Shown: piece after piece, positions 37,501-50,100 of the stretch
Layout of the letters: every line of letters starts with the position of its first letter
Numbering within the stretch: the stretch's first letter is position 1
NCBI RefSeq assembly: GCF_003918875.1
Contig: NW_025767524.1
Location: 2,294,001 to 2,358,000, forward strand
Length of the DNA: 64,000 nt
Reading direction: 5' to 3'
Source: Haliotis rubra
Taxonomy: Eukaryota
The notes under the pieces: generated by a model
What the model was told of the DNA's origin: nothing
The model's database searches: none
The model's input: the letters and a program-made list of their open reading frames with translations, nothing else
Made by a program: the position numbers and the translations under genes

Positions 37501-40500
37501 TGCCCATGTGGGGATTCAAACCTGGGTCGTAAGCGTGACGAGCCGACGCTTTAATCAGTAGGATACCCCACCGCCCCTGATTGTGCAGAAGTTGAGGGGA
37601 ATCATTATTAAAAACCACACACTGGACCATAGGAAATTGAACAATGACCAGCGATATGTGACGTCACGAACATGTACTGTGCGCGTCAGTTGAGTTATGG
37701 TCTGGAAACAAAATGATTACGGACGGACGGAGGGACGAAGCATTACATGCCGGGGGGATAAAAATCAACCTATAAATTCCATCTAGCACCCGTGTGTAGA
37801 AAAAGGAACCATACATACAGTAGTTGATTCTTTGTCACTCATTTTCTTGTAGATAGAAGGTCAACTTCCAATGAACAACATGGAACGACAGCATGAAAAG
37901 TGAGGTGCGAGGTTGACGGCTACAGTTACCTGCTCTTGGCTGTAGGGGGCCCTGAGGGACCATTTTATTAAAAAATATAGTTACAACTGTCGTAGGTTTT
38001 AAAATGGACATTTTAGTGCTTATATGTACCCCAAGGAGGATCTTCCTCTGAAAAAGAATAATTAGGCACTTTGTATTCTTTCAATAACTTGGTTTACAGA
38101 TCCCCTCAAATGTAGAGTTGTTGGCTGAAAGAACAATAACAATGTAGAACATTCTAAAAAACATAAATGTGATTTATATTGTCAAAATTCGGTCGTCAGG
38201 TGAAAAGATTATTTCACAGTGCAACTTATTAACACTTAGCGATAAGCAAACCCTGCAGAGAATGATGCCGTAATTCCACCCACCTCAACTCGAATCATCT
38301 TCCTTATCACTTGATCTAGCTGGTCTGAGTACCGAGATGGAAGACGAGCAAAGTCACCAATGCGGATTTTGCGATTAAGTTCTGTCTGACTTGTGGCAGT
38401 GAATGGAGGGTAGAGAGCACACAACTCATACAGCATGCACCCCATTGCCCAGATGTCAGACTTCTCATTGTAGGACATATTGTTGACTAGTTCCTGGAAA
38501 TGAAGAATTGAAAAAAAAGTTAATGACATTGAATTTTGACATTCAGCTGTATTGAACATTGTCCTATTGAACACACAATGAACATTGTTAAAATACCTAC
38601 GGGAGACATGTAATATGGAGTTCCAACATAGGTCTTGGCGAAACTTGTTTCATGATGCAGTACCCGGGCTAGTCCAAAGTCTCCAAGTTTTACATTCTTG
38701 TCTGCATCCAGGAACACATTTGCAGGCTTGAGATCTCGATGAAGAACAGCTTTGCCATTTTTTCGTCTATGGCATTCTTGTAGCGCCAGAGTCATTTGTA
38801 CAAGTATTTTCCATGCAAAGTTTTCGTCAACATGCAAACTGCAAACAGAAATAGCCCTCAGAGATAATTTTACTATCAAAACTTACAACACTAAAGAAAA
38901 ACTAGATACCGTAAACTATGTTTCTAACGAACACAGTAATAATGAATTGACGGATATAACAACTAGTTTCTGTGTTTTTGTTTTTTTTGGTTCCGCCATT
39001 TGCATTATGTGTTAGTTGAAATGTGTACAGAGAACTATGGTTATATCAAACCAACATTAATGGCCCCATTGAGTTTGCTATAACCATAACTGACCGTAGG
39101 ATATACATGACAAATGCTTGTTCACGTCAACCATACCCCACCCAACACACAATATTAACCATAGGGTAGTCAAAACAAGAGTAATAACATGTCAATGCAT
39201 TTGTACATGGAAAACTTCTCCTTGCTTATTGGTTGAAGCTATATGATGTCAAGTTCTTCCATTGTTGTATTATCAAAATGATGTGAACAGCTGTCCAAAC
39301 CATTCATGATGTCATAATTTGCTGACAATATGTTGCAAGAAAACTTGGTTAACTTCAGTGAAGTTTCTCTGTATGGCATAACATCTTTATCAAGGTCCTT
39401 TCCTAAAATGACATTGGGTATTATACATGATAAATTACTCAAAATTCTTGCTCTCTTCCTCTAGGCATACACCATTCATTTACTAGGGTTAGATAATGAA
39501 TAATTATTGCACATCAAAACATCAGTAGCGATTCTTTCAAGGTCTGAGGCACAGTTAAATGGCAGTCGTTGATTGGTTGGTTGGTTGTTGTTTAACGCTG
39601 CAATATTCCAAAATGGCAGTCAGCAGAGGAAAGGGTGTGTCTTGTCATGATTACACAATGCCATTTGGAAAGTGGTCAGATGTAACACGTCATATTTGAG
39701 ATTTTACTTTCCCAGTACATTTTTATGGTTGTGTCCCATCAAGGATTTGCCACCACTGCTCACAAAAACTTAGCTAAACCTGTAGAGGTTTCCAATTCTT
39801 TGAAGAGAAATGTCCTTGGGGTACATATATGCATTTTCTGCGGCTGAAAATGTCATGTGACAGTTGTATCAATGTTTTAATAAAAATATTGTCCGGCCCC
39901 CACCACGTGGAGTTACCTCCCTGCTACGCATGCACAGCCAACCAGGTAAGCACCTAGGCCCGTATCTTCATTCCTTCTGCTGAACAAATCAGTGAACAGA
40001 ATTGCAGGGAGGTGGGTGGCCCTACCCCAAGGACGATTCTCTTCAAAGAATTGGAAACCTCTACAGGTTTAGCTAATTCTTTTTCATAGAGATCGTCCTT
40101 GGGGTACATATATGCATTAACTCAGACTCCCAAAGACTGGAGGCTAAGGAGGAGGGAATTCTGTCAAAGTACAAATAAATAGTGAGTGAGTTAATATTTA
40201 ACGTCACATCGGCAATATTGCAGCCATATCGTGACGAACAAATAAATAGCGATCGTTAAGAAGAAAGTAACTGACGCCATAACACTCACCTGTCACGTGT
40301 CCTGAAACTTCAGCGAGAGGCATAATGGGAGGGTAACCGACAGGGAGGAACTTACTGAGACCCGACCTCACAAGTTAAGCAAAACAGTTTGCACACTGTG
40401 CAAAATTAAAACCCCACCCACATCATGAAATCTATAAAAGAGCACCGTTAGGGGGAAAACCAACTTACAACCAACTAGTATCTCATGAGAGAAATCAAAA

Positions 40501-43500
40501 GTAGTTAGATATGACAACAGCGGATATATCAATTATACACAATTGAAAACAGCTTCATCTGTCTAGATAACCAAGACTCACTCGGTCAGGGTGGCAGGAC
40601 ACTGTCCACTGGAGAGAACAGAATGGCCAAAACGCGCTCGATCACGGGAATGTGTATCAAGCTGATAGTGCCTTATAAAAGTGCTAGGCCTGCTCCAAAT
40701 AACAGCAGAGCATATCTCTTCAATGGGCAGTGCCGATGCAAAAGCCTTTGAAGTGGCCACTGCCCTGACCGAGTGAGCCTTTAACCCCTCAGGGGGAGAA
40801 TTGCCCTAAGCCTGATAAGCACTACAAATGACCGATACAAGCCATCGAGATAGGGTTTGCTACGGCATGCCAGCCTTCCAACGTAACGGGCAGAGTGATG
40901 GGTACCCATACGGATCCCTTGTGCTCGTTTGATATAGACCTTGAGGGTCTTACGGACATCCAACGGGTGAGTGTTCGTTGCAGAGGTCCCCGAAATGGAA
41001 GGCTGGGTAAGAGTAGGAAGTTCGATAGGAGCGTGGAAAGCGTGATCGATCTTCGGACAGTAAGTATCCGGGAGGCGAATACTGACACGATCTGGATGGA
41101 ACACAGTCAGCGCCGGGTCTGCCAACATAGCATGTAAATCGCCAACCCTTCGCCCAGATGTTACCGCCACCAGAAATACGGCCTTCCATGTTAACAACTG
41201 AATGGAAATAGCCGATAGACGTGAGAAAGTAGGACCGGACACCCAATCTAGCACGATTGACAAATCCCAAGGTGGGCTGGTACGCCTGACAGCAGGTTGA
41301 ACCCAATCCATGCCAGCCAAGAAGCTGCATAAGAGGGTGCTGCCCCAGAAGAGCACCATCGACAGGGGTGTGGAAAGTGGAAATAGCGGTGGAGTAGCCA
41401 AACTGCCAAACCTTCTTCCAAAGCGAGCTTGCAGAAACTCCAATACTTGGACTAAATCTGCAGAACAGGGTTCTGCAGTTCCCCTATCTGAACACCAGCG
41501 CGCATAGTGGGACCACCTATCCTCATATTGAACATTTGTTGAATGCCGCCTCTAAGCGAGAATTGTGTCTGCAGCTGCTGCAGGAATTCCGGGTGCTTCA
41601 AGGCTAGACCTGACAGAGGCCAAGACACCCACTGAATCCTTGGATTGGGGTGTGGCGCACCGTTCTGAGTGAGAATGTCAGGTCGCAAAGGTAATAGAAC
41701 TCGCGCGGGGCCAGGATCCGGCGAGAGAGAGCGTCTGCTCGCACGTTCTCCAGCCCCGGGAGATAAACAGGAATCACCTGACAGTCACACTGGTCGCACC
41801 AGAGGAGAAATTCCCATGTCTCCCGAAGGAGCGCTAGGGACACCGCACCGCATTGCCGTATGGTTGTCCAACTGAAGACGAACCACCTGGCCCTGAACAT
41901 GCTCCCGGAAGTGCTCGAAAACCAACCGCACAGCTTTCAGTTCTAAGACATTGATGTGAAGGCGGGCCTCGGCTTCGGACCAGAGTCCGGACACCGACAG
42001 ACTGCTCAGAACACACCCCCAGCCCGTGAGGGACACATCGGTTTGAAATGTAAGAGATGGCGTTGGGATTTCGAAAGGGACCCACTTGGAGAGATTCCCA
42101 ACATTGGTCCACCACTGAAGGTGAGGAGACAACCACTCGGGGACTGTGAGACACTTCTCCAGATCCTCCGAGTGAGCCAAAGCTTGCTGTATAGGGCACA
42201 TCCTCAACCGTGCCCGCCACATGACAGAGATAGTTGCCGCCATATGACCCAGTAGACGGAGCCAAGTCCGCGCTGGTGCCTGGGCCTGGGAGAGGAATGA
42301 GGACACCATCTTCCGTACTCTGGTGACCTGGTCGGGAGACAAAGAGACAAGACCCTGTTGAGTTGTGAACCGCACCCGGGAAAACCAAGTCCTGGGTGGG
42401 TACCAGGTCGAATTTCTTGAGGTTGATGATCCACCCCAGGTGATCCATCTAGGCTCGCTGGCTGAGTTAGAGCGCTGAGCAACCAGTCGTCTAGGTAAGG
42501 GTAACAACGCCTACCTTGCGACCTTGCGAGGGTAGCTGGCACTAACATGAGCTTGGTGAACACCCTGGGGGCAGTGGATATGCCGAAGGGGAGCACCCTG
42601 AATTGGTAACACATCCCGTCGTAAGAGAACCGGAGGTACTGCTTGAACGAGGGATGAATTGGCACATGTAGATACGCATCCTCTAGGTCGATCGACGTAA
42701 GCCAATCGCCGGGCTGAACAGAGGAGATCACCGAGCGAAGTGTCTCCATCTTGAAGGATGGAACCTCTAACATGCGATTCAACCCCTTGAGGTTGAGAAT
42801 GGGACGGAACCCGCCGTCTTTCTTCGGAACGAGGAAGTACGTGAAATAAAACCCCGCCTTCTCCTCGCCGGTAGTATGCGCTCTATTGCGGACTTGTCCA
42901 GCAAAGCCTGAACTTCGTCGCGCAGAATACCCGCCTTGACTGGACATGACGGCACCGGAGTGCGCCTTATGCCGTGAACTCTGGCAGGCCTCGCTTTCAC
43001 AGTGGTAGATGGCCGACACTGACGGTGGATAGCACCCAAGTGTTGCGTGTAGCCTTCTCCCACTCCGGTAGGAATAGAGAGAGGCGGCCTCCCACTGGGA
43101 CGTGTGGTAAGAGTGAGTGAGTAGTCCCCTGCAGATGAACTGGCGCCAGCTCCGAGAGAGGGACTGGGAGTGAACTCTCCCTCTCCAGGGGAGCCGAGGT
43201 GTCCGGACCCGAAGCCAAAGGCAAAGGATCGACAGCCGCCTCCAGGCCAAGGATCGAGCCGAGCTTGGCGATCCCACCCCCGGACCCCCCGGTGTTATAA
43301 CGGACATATCAAAACCACTTGAAGATTGAGGTTGCGACTTATGCGAAGTAGACTTAGATTTAGTTTGCTTAGCCTTTTTGGCCTTGGACGGGGGAACCTC
43401 CTGGGTCAAGTCCCCTCCCGCCTCACACAATTCCTTGTAAAAAAGGAAGTCAGCCGCCCGTCTCTTCTGGGCCCGGGGAAAAGCCCATACACAATTCACA

Positions 43501-45403
43501 GATGTCAGGGTTATGCCCTGCTTTTTCCAGACAGCATAAGCATTTGTCATGCTTATCTTGGCGAGGGATATTTTGCCCGCAGGCAGCACACCCCGTAAAT
43601 GCCTGAAAGCAAACACGAAAGCAAACACAACAGCATAAAGATACACGTACAAAACATTGAAAATTACGTGAATGCGACAACGCGACATGAAATACTTGGT
43701 TAATAACGCAATATTTCAACCACGTGGCAAGCTAAACTTCCCGCCATGGAATAGCAACACGTGCATAATCCACGGGAAAGCTAGCGTAAAAGTTAAATAC
43801 AAAGTCGCGTAATTGAGAAATAACTGACTGCAAAGTCAATCAAACGTTTCTCAAGAACGAAAAAAGACCATACATACTGTAGTTGAAGTCTCAGACATTC
43901 TTCCGATAAGAAGTTAATCAGCTTGGTAACTCCATAAACATGTGTGAACGCTAGAGTGACAGCAGAAGGAATGATGAGAGGGCCTGGCAGCTTACCTAGT
44001 TGGCTATTAAAACATTGATACAAGGGAAGTAACTCCACTTGGAAAATGCATATAATAAATAAAAGAGATTTTTATTTATTGTACAATATTTTGATTAAAA
44101 CATTGATACAACTGTCACATGACATTTTCAGCTGCAGAAAATGCATATATGTACCACGGCGGGGACACCAAAATGGGCAAGGACGATCTCTATGAAAAAG
44201 AATTGGAAGTCTGACAAGTGAATGGCATGCTGAAGTAAACAAATGCTGTATTTTATTTACTTTGTGTCTGCAACTGCAGGACATATATTAACATAAAAAG
44301 TCTACAAAACTGGTTCCCTATCACTGTGCAGCAGGTATTAGCAAACTGAAAGGATTACTGCAAAAAACAAAACAGGCAAACCTGAAAAAGAACATTCATA
44401 ATTTTTATTCTGACATCCCAATTCACTGTGCTGAAGTTAGTTATAACTATATATACTTCTACCACCATTACAATTTTCAAATCAAACCGTAACTCACCCT
44501 TCCTTTCTGGATTTAGCAATGAGTGTGGCAAGATCCCCACCCTCACAGAACTCCATGATGATGTAGATGGTGGTGTTATTGCGGTCAATGATGCGGTCAT
44601 AATAGCGGACAATGTGTTCATGTCGAAGTTCACGTAACAAGTTAACCTCTGATACAAGCATCTGTTTTTCTGATTCGGTCATGGAACCATAGTCCATCTC
44701 TTTCCACACAAGTACCTGAAATAGATTGGTGTCATAATAAACAACACTTCAGGCAAAAAGATACACAAAGTTTCTCCAATGAACCATTCAATGTTAGTAT
44801 TTTATTCCGGCACAGAATTAAACCCAAACATCTATCAGCATGGATAGTTATAACATGTAGTAATACCTGCCAAATGTTTGCAATTCTACCTGCCCTTAGG
44901 ACTCCTTTAACAGTGATCACAAACAGTTTTGTCTTCTGAATTCAAATTGTCGTTCATCATGGTTGGACATTAACATTGAATGAAATAGTGATAACATATG
45001 GCAATAATCCAAAAGATGGTTAAAATTCTACTTGCATTTGGGGTATCTATAATAAACACCAACAAAGCCTGTTCAAGCTTTCCAGGCTAATACTAATTTC
45101 AATCCCTGAAGACTGTGTAATATTCTCCTTGGTTATGTATCATGGTGTGAACAAAACATTGGCTCTTGAAAATTGTGAACAATGGGCAGGTTGTGTAAAA
45201 CAATGTTTAACATCTCAAAAAGAACATGGAGGTTTGCAAAGGCAAAACAATTGTATCAACTGATAGGTTAAAGGTGATAAGTTTTAAGTGACAAAAAGAC
45301 ATGATACCTTTCCATCTTTTTTCCTCCTAATCTTCTTGCAAGTTCCATAGGAACCTATTCCTATTGTTGTGAGCACTTCAAAGTCATCAAGAGTTGAGGG
45401 CAT
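25584..45403 (-). CDS. NEK2: NIMA-related serine/threonine kinase NEK2, 8 coding exons
   Basis: Phase-consistent GT-AG exons 45403-45308, 44715-44498, 38838-38601, 38493-38284, 32782-32587, 32026-31972, 30599-30493 and 25879-25584. Motifs GIGSYG, VWKEMDYGSMTESEKQMLVSEVNLLREL, HRDLKPAN, DFGLAR and GTPYYMSPE, then coiled coil, KRVSF and KEN box. Confidence 0.96.
27238..27946 (+). mobile_element. Internally deleted PIF/Harbinger element
   Basis: TIR GGGTGCC(G/A)TTCCACTAA flanked by CAG/CTG, with subterminal gatc-rich repeats. The remnant at ~27431 (MAAFIILCEEEERALHCERVFRDCSPILDTLSDD) resembles the N-terminus of Harbinger transposases. Confidence 0.75.
30649..31259. mobile_element. Non-autonomous element with ~90-bp near-perfect terminal inverted repeats
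   Basis: agtctaagtaaacttaggctcagtattattc...gtcgcgtcagctaaccttt at 30649-30738 is reverse-complemented at ~31170-31259. Confidence 0.85.
32805..38059 (-). mobile_element. Decayed DIRS1-type YR retrotransposon in NEK2 intron 4
   Basis: Inverted termini with a tccttggggtacat core and an internal complementary region at ~33033-33127. RT fragment FKMETLRSV...SIDLKDANLHVP...YQFRVLPFSISTAPRLFTK at 34375-34812. YR C-terminal remnant at ~33600-33780. Confidence 0.9.
35780..36570 (-). pseudogene. Indel-rich duplicate of NEK2 exon 4 and the 3' part of exon 3 (duplication or assembly artefact)
   Basis: Near-identical to 37996-38780, including intron sequence, but with scattered frameshifting indels. 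The flanking 35023-35778 duplicates 36576-37333. Confidence 0.75.
39770..44204 (-). mobile_element. Most complete DIRS1-type YR retrotransposon (gag-like, RT, RNase H, YR) in NEK2 intron 2
   Basis: Cys-rich gag N-terminus CAACGQNIPRQDKHDKCLCC; RT LVPKKDGGFRPILNL...YPYLDDWL; RNase H TDVSLTGWG...HINVLELKAV, NVRADALSR; YR PPWDLSIVL...TSGRRVGDLHA, HSVRAVATS...WSRPSTFIRHY. Inverted termini plus ICR at ~40022-40117. Confidence 0.95.
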
Positions 45404-46639
45404 CCTAGGACTGAAGGATAAAGAATGTTGGACTATCAGACAAAACTGACATTGGAAATTATAAACGTATGTTAAATGCAATGAGAACTGGTAAAATGTA
45501 TGTGTGTTTGATACATCGCTCTCACAAAAAAACTTGTAACCTGATGATAAGCAACCACGACAAAACGATTATCACCTGTCATAGAAATGTCTATTAACAA
45601 GATTTATGAACAAAGGAGAAACTTAACATCCCTGTGAAAAAATGAAAATGATTGTAAATCTGCTGTCCATGTCATATACAGGATACACATGATAAAGATT
45701 ATAACTCATCTGAAATTAATATTTCTTTACTATGTTTAACATAACATTAACATGATACAGTAGTTGGAATTTTTGAGTGACTGATTTATTTCAATATGTA
45801 TAGAATATATTTAGGATGAAATGATAGCCATAGATAGACTGTTTCAGTTTTTAAATATGACTGCTGCATCATGAGCATCTCATACTGTTATCCCAAACAT
45901 GCAAGCAAAAGGTTTACTTTCCTGAATTATCTGACTATGTACAAACAAAATAATGGTTAAATACAAACTGTTAACATTGTAGGGTTCTTGTCAGAAACTG
46001 ATTCTATTTAATTGTCAATAATAACAATAAACATGGCATTCTGTATTATTCAACATAACTGTATCTGCTTACATAGCAATAAGAAGTTTTAACTGAATCC
46101 TAAAAGACCATAAAGAGTTACCAATTGTCAACAGTTGTATGCAAGATAGCTAAACCATCTGAATTTGAGTATCATCTAACTCTGAAGCAAGAATCAAGTG
46201 TGATGTGACAAATGACACAATATTGATCTGTTATAAATCACTCATACATTGTTAGTAATCTTTATTATGAATCAGATCACAATTAGCTACATGATTGAAC
46301 ACCAAAACTGATGGAGGTAGCTCACAGCTGCTGGGTTGATATTTAAGCCACTTACGTTTTTAACAAATTCATTGATTGTGCTGGTATATTTTTACTATGG
46401 GTCACATCAGCTACCAGCTGGTGACCAGATTTCTCTGCAGATTTACTAGCATGTTTACTTTCTTCTTTACCAGATACATAATGGCTGGAAGATGTGGCTT
46501 GTTCTTGCTTTACGGAATTGCCAGTATCCATTCTGAACTATTACGAAAGGACGTAAACAAATCTAGTCAAACCGAATACAACACAGGCACACCATGTTGT
46601 CATAAATTTGGGACAGCTATCGATACAAGGACACCCTCA

Positions 46640-47137
46640 TATACCTGTCTCAACTTGCCGTGACTTTCGACCAATGGAGCTCCACAGTCATGCAGGTTAT
46701 GATGTTGTGTCTCAACACGTTTCAGCAGAAGCGGGGCTACTTCATAATTTGACTATTTAGTATGAAGAAATCACATGTTATGATAAATCGATAAGTGTTC
46801 TATTGATTGCTACATCAAGGGAAAACTTGGTATACAGTGCATGGGCGTTGACAGCTTTGTTTTGATGGAGCTGCATCATATTTCATTTCATGGCTTCGAA
46901 ACTGCCGCACTCATCTAACACGTTTCCTGATTGGCCGCTTGATTAAACGTATCGAAGTATTTTATTGGTTGAGAGACTAGAGGTCAAAGTTTATTTAAGG
47001 TCATGTGACTTAGTCAAAATGGCAGCGCACACATGATAACAACCCAAACAGAAATGTTTTATTTTGAAATTTACAAGAAAATCTGTAACCGTCTACTGTA
47101 GTAGACATGTGCGATCGAGTGCCATTCATTAGGAACT
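46640..47137. promoter_or_regulatory. Probable bidirectional promoter between NEK2 (-) and ZFYVE26 (+)
   Basis: CCAAT boxes (~46672, ~46930, ~46964), YY1-like AAAATGGC (~47016) and TTTGAA (~47063). A minus-strand donor at ~46644 would fit a non-coding NEK2 exon 1, since an acceptor sits just before the NEK2 ATG. Confidence 0.55.
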
Positions 47138-50100
47138 ATGGCCTCCATATCACAATCCAGTCGATCACACCGTTCCTCCATAACCAGAGAGGGGGAGGAA
47201 ACTATTGCTCTGATGTACAAGAGTTTCAGCAACAATTTACTTCTCGGACAGTGGGAGTTGGCAAGAGCATGTCTTTCACAACTTCGCAACGACTGTCATG
47301 AAATTGGCGTTGACATCAAGGATGTGTTACGCAAAGTAGCAGCATATCCATTTAATTCAAGGTACTTCTCGTCATTTCATGACACATTAATACTTAAAAC
47401 GCATACTGACAGAGAAGAATATCATATTTCAAAGAAATATCGTTCCAAGCTGTCATTTTTAAAGGTATCAAATGAAATTTTGCACACGCTTTTAGTGCCC
47501 AGGTTGATAAGAGATAACTGTACATGTAAAGCGTGAACTTGTAATAAACTGTTCAATAACTTCATCTGTATTTCCCAAGACCTTCAGCACTGTATAGTCA
47601 AAGGTTCAGGGTCTCTTATACACAGGTCATGTAAATGGGTCTGTAGGACTTCCACTGTACCACATGTGTTTACTTGAAAAACTTATTTAAGAAAATATCA
47701 TGCAGATTTGTGTATAAGTTGACTTCTTTAAAAGTTTGGGTTATTTTATAATTCTTCTGTCGTATTTAAACTATAAGGACTATAATTGCGGATTGATCAT
47801 ATGATTTCAATGAGTAGATAGTGACTGAGTGGTTAATTTCGGTCAAACATGTGACGTCTGCCAACTGACTAGAACCTAATTTTATTGAACATGTTTTCAG
47901 ATTCATGTCGTTTGATAGAAAAATTGTGCCTGGAATGGACAGAGTGGCAATAAAGGATTCTCAGACACCAGTAAAACTATTGGCAAGATAGTATGGATAA
48001 TCAAGTTCATTATTCAATTGATATGATGTTTGCACCATTAGAAAATACACTGAAATGCTTATTGGTTTGTATTAATATAGCAAGGTATATTTTATCTGCA
48101 GTTATGGCTCAGCATCCCTCAGCAGTCCTCATGAATTATCATGGCTGTGTCTTCTTGAATGCAGACAACTGGAAGACTGGAGCGAAAATAAGGTACATGA
48201 GCAGGTTCAGTTCCATGCTGTTTGGATTTTGTCAGTGATGTTTATCTAGATGATAGATTTTCATCTTGCCATTAAGTGATTGATTGTTTGCATAATTGTA
48301 ATTTGTAGTGCAGTAATGCAATCCCAGTTTAGCATGTGTTAGACATACATGTGTCACATAGATCAATCAATGCTGGCCAATTCCACTAGATTACACACCA
48401 TAACAATGCATTACTTTCCTAATTAAAATTGCTTAATGATGTTTATTAACATAAGTGTTTCAGTTGAATAAAATTCAAAAGTATGATTATTTAGCATGGT
48501 AAGTAGCATGTGATATGTCATTGTATATTGAGTAGAACTTTTAACTGCCATGAATGTGGATAATGATATCAATAAACATGCAGATAGAGTCTTCAGGGGT
48601 TGTCATTCTTAATTGAATTGATTGGATGATTCATACTGGATTGTTTTGTTTTATGTGAATCCTGATGAGTAACATTTCCATCACTAGTTGATTACTGTGG
48701 TTACAACTGATGCTGGATTGTGTTATTCTCTTTTCAGAATGAATCCTCCAGTTACTTGACCAAAGAGATAGAATTCAGATTGTTACTGACACAAACATGT
48801 CAAGATGTAGATTCAGAAGTCATTAAAGTAAGTCAGCTTTTAGCTCATTTGAGTAAGTTTCAATGAATAATAGTGCTAATTTAATTAGACACTTATTATA
48901 GGATGATTTCAAGATTTATTTATCCTGTTTTTGTAAGGAAATATTTGAGTGAAACTTGTGACAAATTCATATATCATTTGTATATAGTCTATCTCAAGTT
49001 ATTTCTCTTTTTATCAATGTAAGGTAATCCTTGAGTTCAGTAAGTACATCTCTTTTCACATCACAAAATATATTTGGAACTCTGGTTCTTTCAAGGCTTA
49101 TCTTTCATTTTCTCTATGATGTAATGAGTGAGTAAGTTGAGTTTTACTTCCTGACTATCATTCATAATGTGTTCACACTATTTTTATATTTTAATCCACT
49201 TTTTGTCAGATGTTTATGAAAATAAAAAGACTGAATGATTTGCTTACTGTCTCATTCATAACACATTTAATTTTTCTTATATGTATGCTACTCAAAATAA
49301 TTTAATAAAGAACACTTGAAAAATCAGATGTCCTTAACTTGTTTTGAGTAATATATTTTAGTCTTGGAATGCCCTAGGTTTCTGAGCAAAGCTATTCAAT
49401 TTCATGTGACAATTCTGTGATTACTGTTAATGTCAAATGTGAAATGTTATGTTGCAGGACTTGTATCTGTGGTTCAGGCACATCCACTCAACTCCACCCA
49501 CCTCGTCACAGAGAGCATCTCCTCTGTCCAAGGTCACCCTGACCCACATTCAACATGTTCTCCTGACCTCACCATCACAGGGGTTTGCCCTCATCTCCTC
49601 CCTCACATGTCCACAAACCCATGAGAGGTCAGAACAAAAACGCCAAAAACAACGGAGTAATGAAGAGCGCAACAGCGAAAACCTCCAAGGTGTTTACATC
49701 ACCTGTATCAACAAACTGCTTGACGACCTGTCTAAGTGTCCTAGCAAAGAAAGAACAAAATGTGAACAGATTTGTGACCAGGTGTATATACTGTTGTCAT
49801 TTTACGACCCGGTACCATTTTGGAACTACTCTCAGCTGCAGCAGTTGTTCACACGGTTGCTGCAGCTGTGTCAACAGCATGACCGCAGCATCAAGAAGGA
49901 CAAGATACTCTCTGTGTTGCTGGGCAGGGACTGTCCATATCTGGTGGAGACATTTTGCAAGTTGGACCATGAGCTGAGTTTAGCATCAAAACTAAAGCAC
50001 AGTGGAACTGACCTGACAGAAAGTGAAAGGGATGTGATTCACTTGTTTCGAGGTCTTGATAGTGAAGATTGTTGGAGGAACCTCTTTTTGCTCTCCACTC

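Noticed and set aside
42204-43688. Novel 494-aa host gene or standalone reverse-transcriptase system
   Set aside because: Frameshift-fused gag/RT portions of a DIRS1-type retrotransposon, bounded by its termini and ICR.
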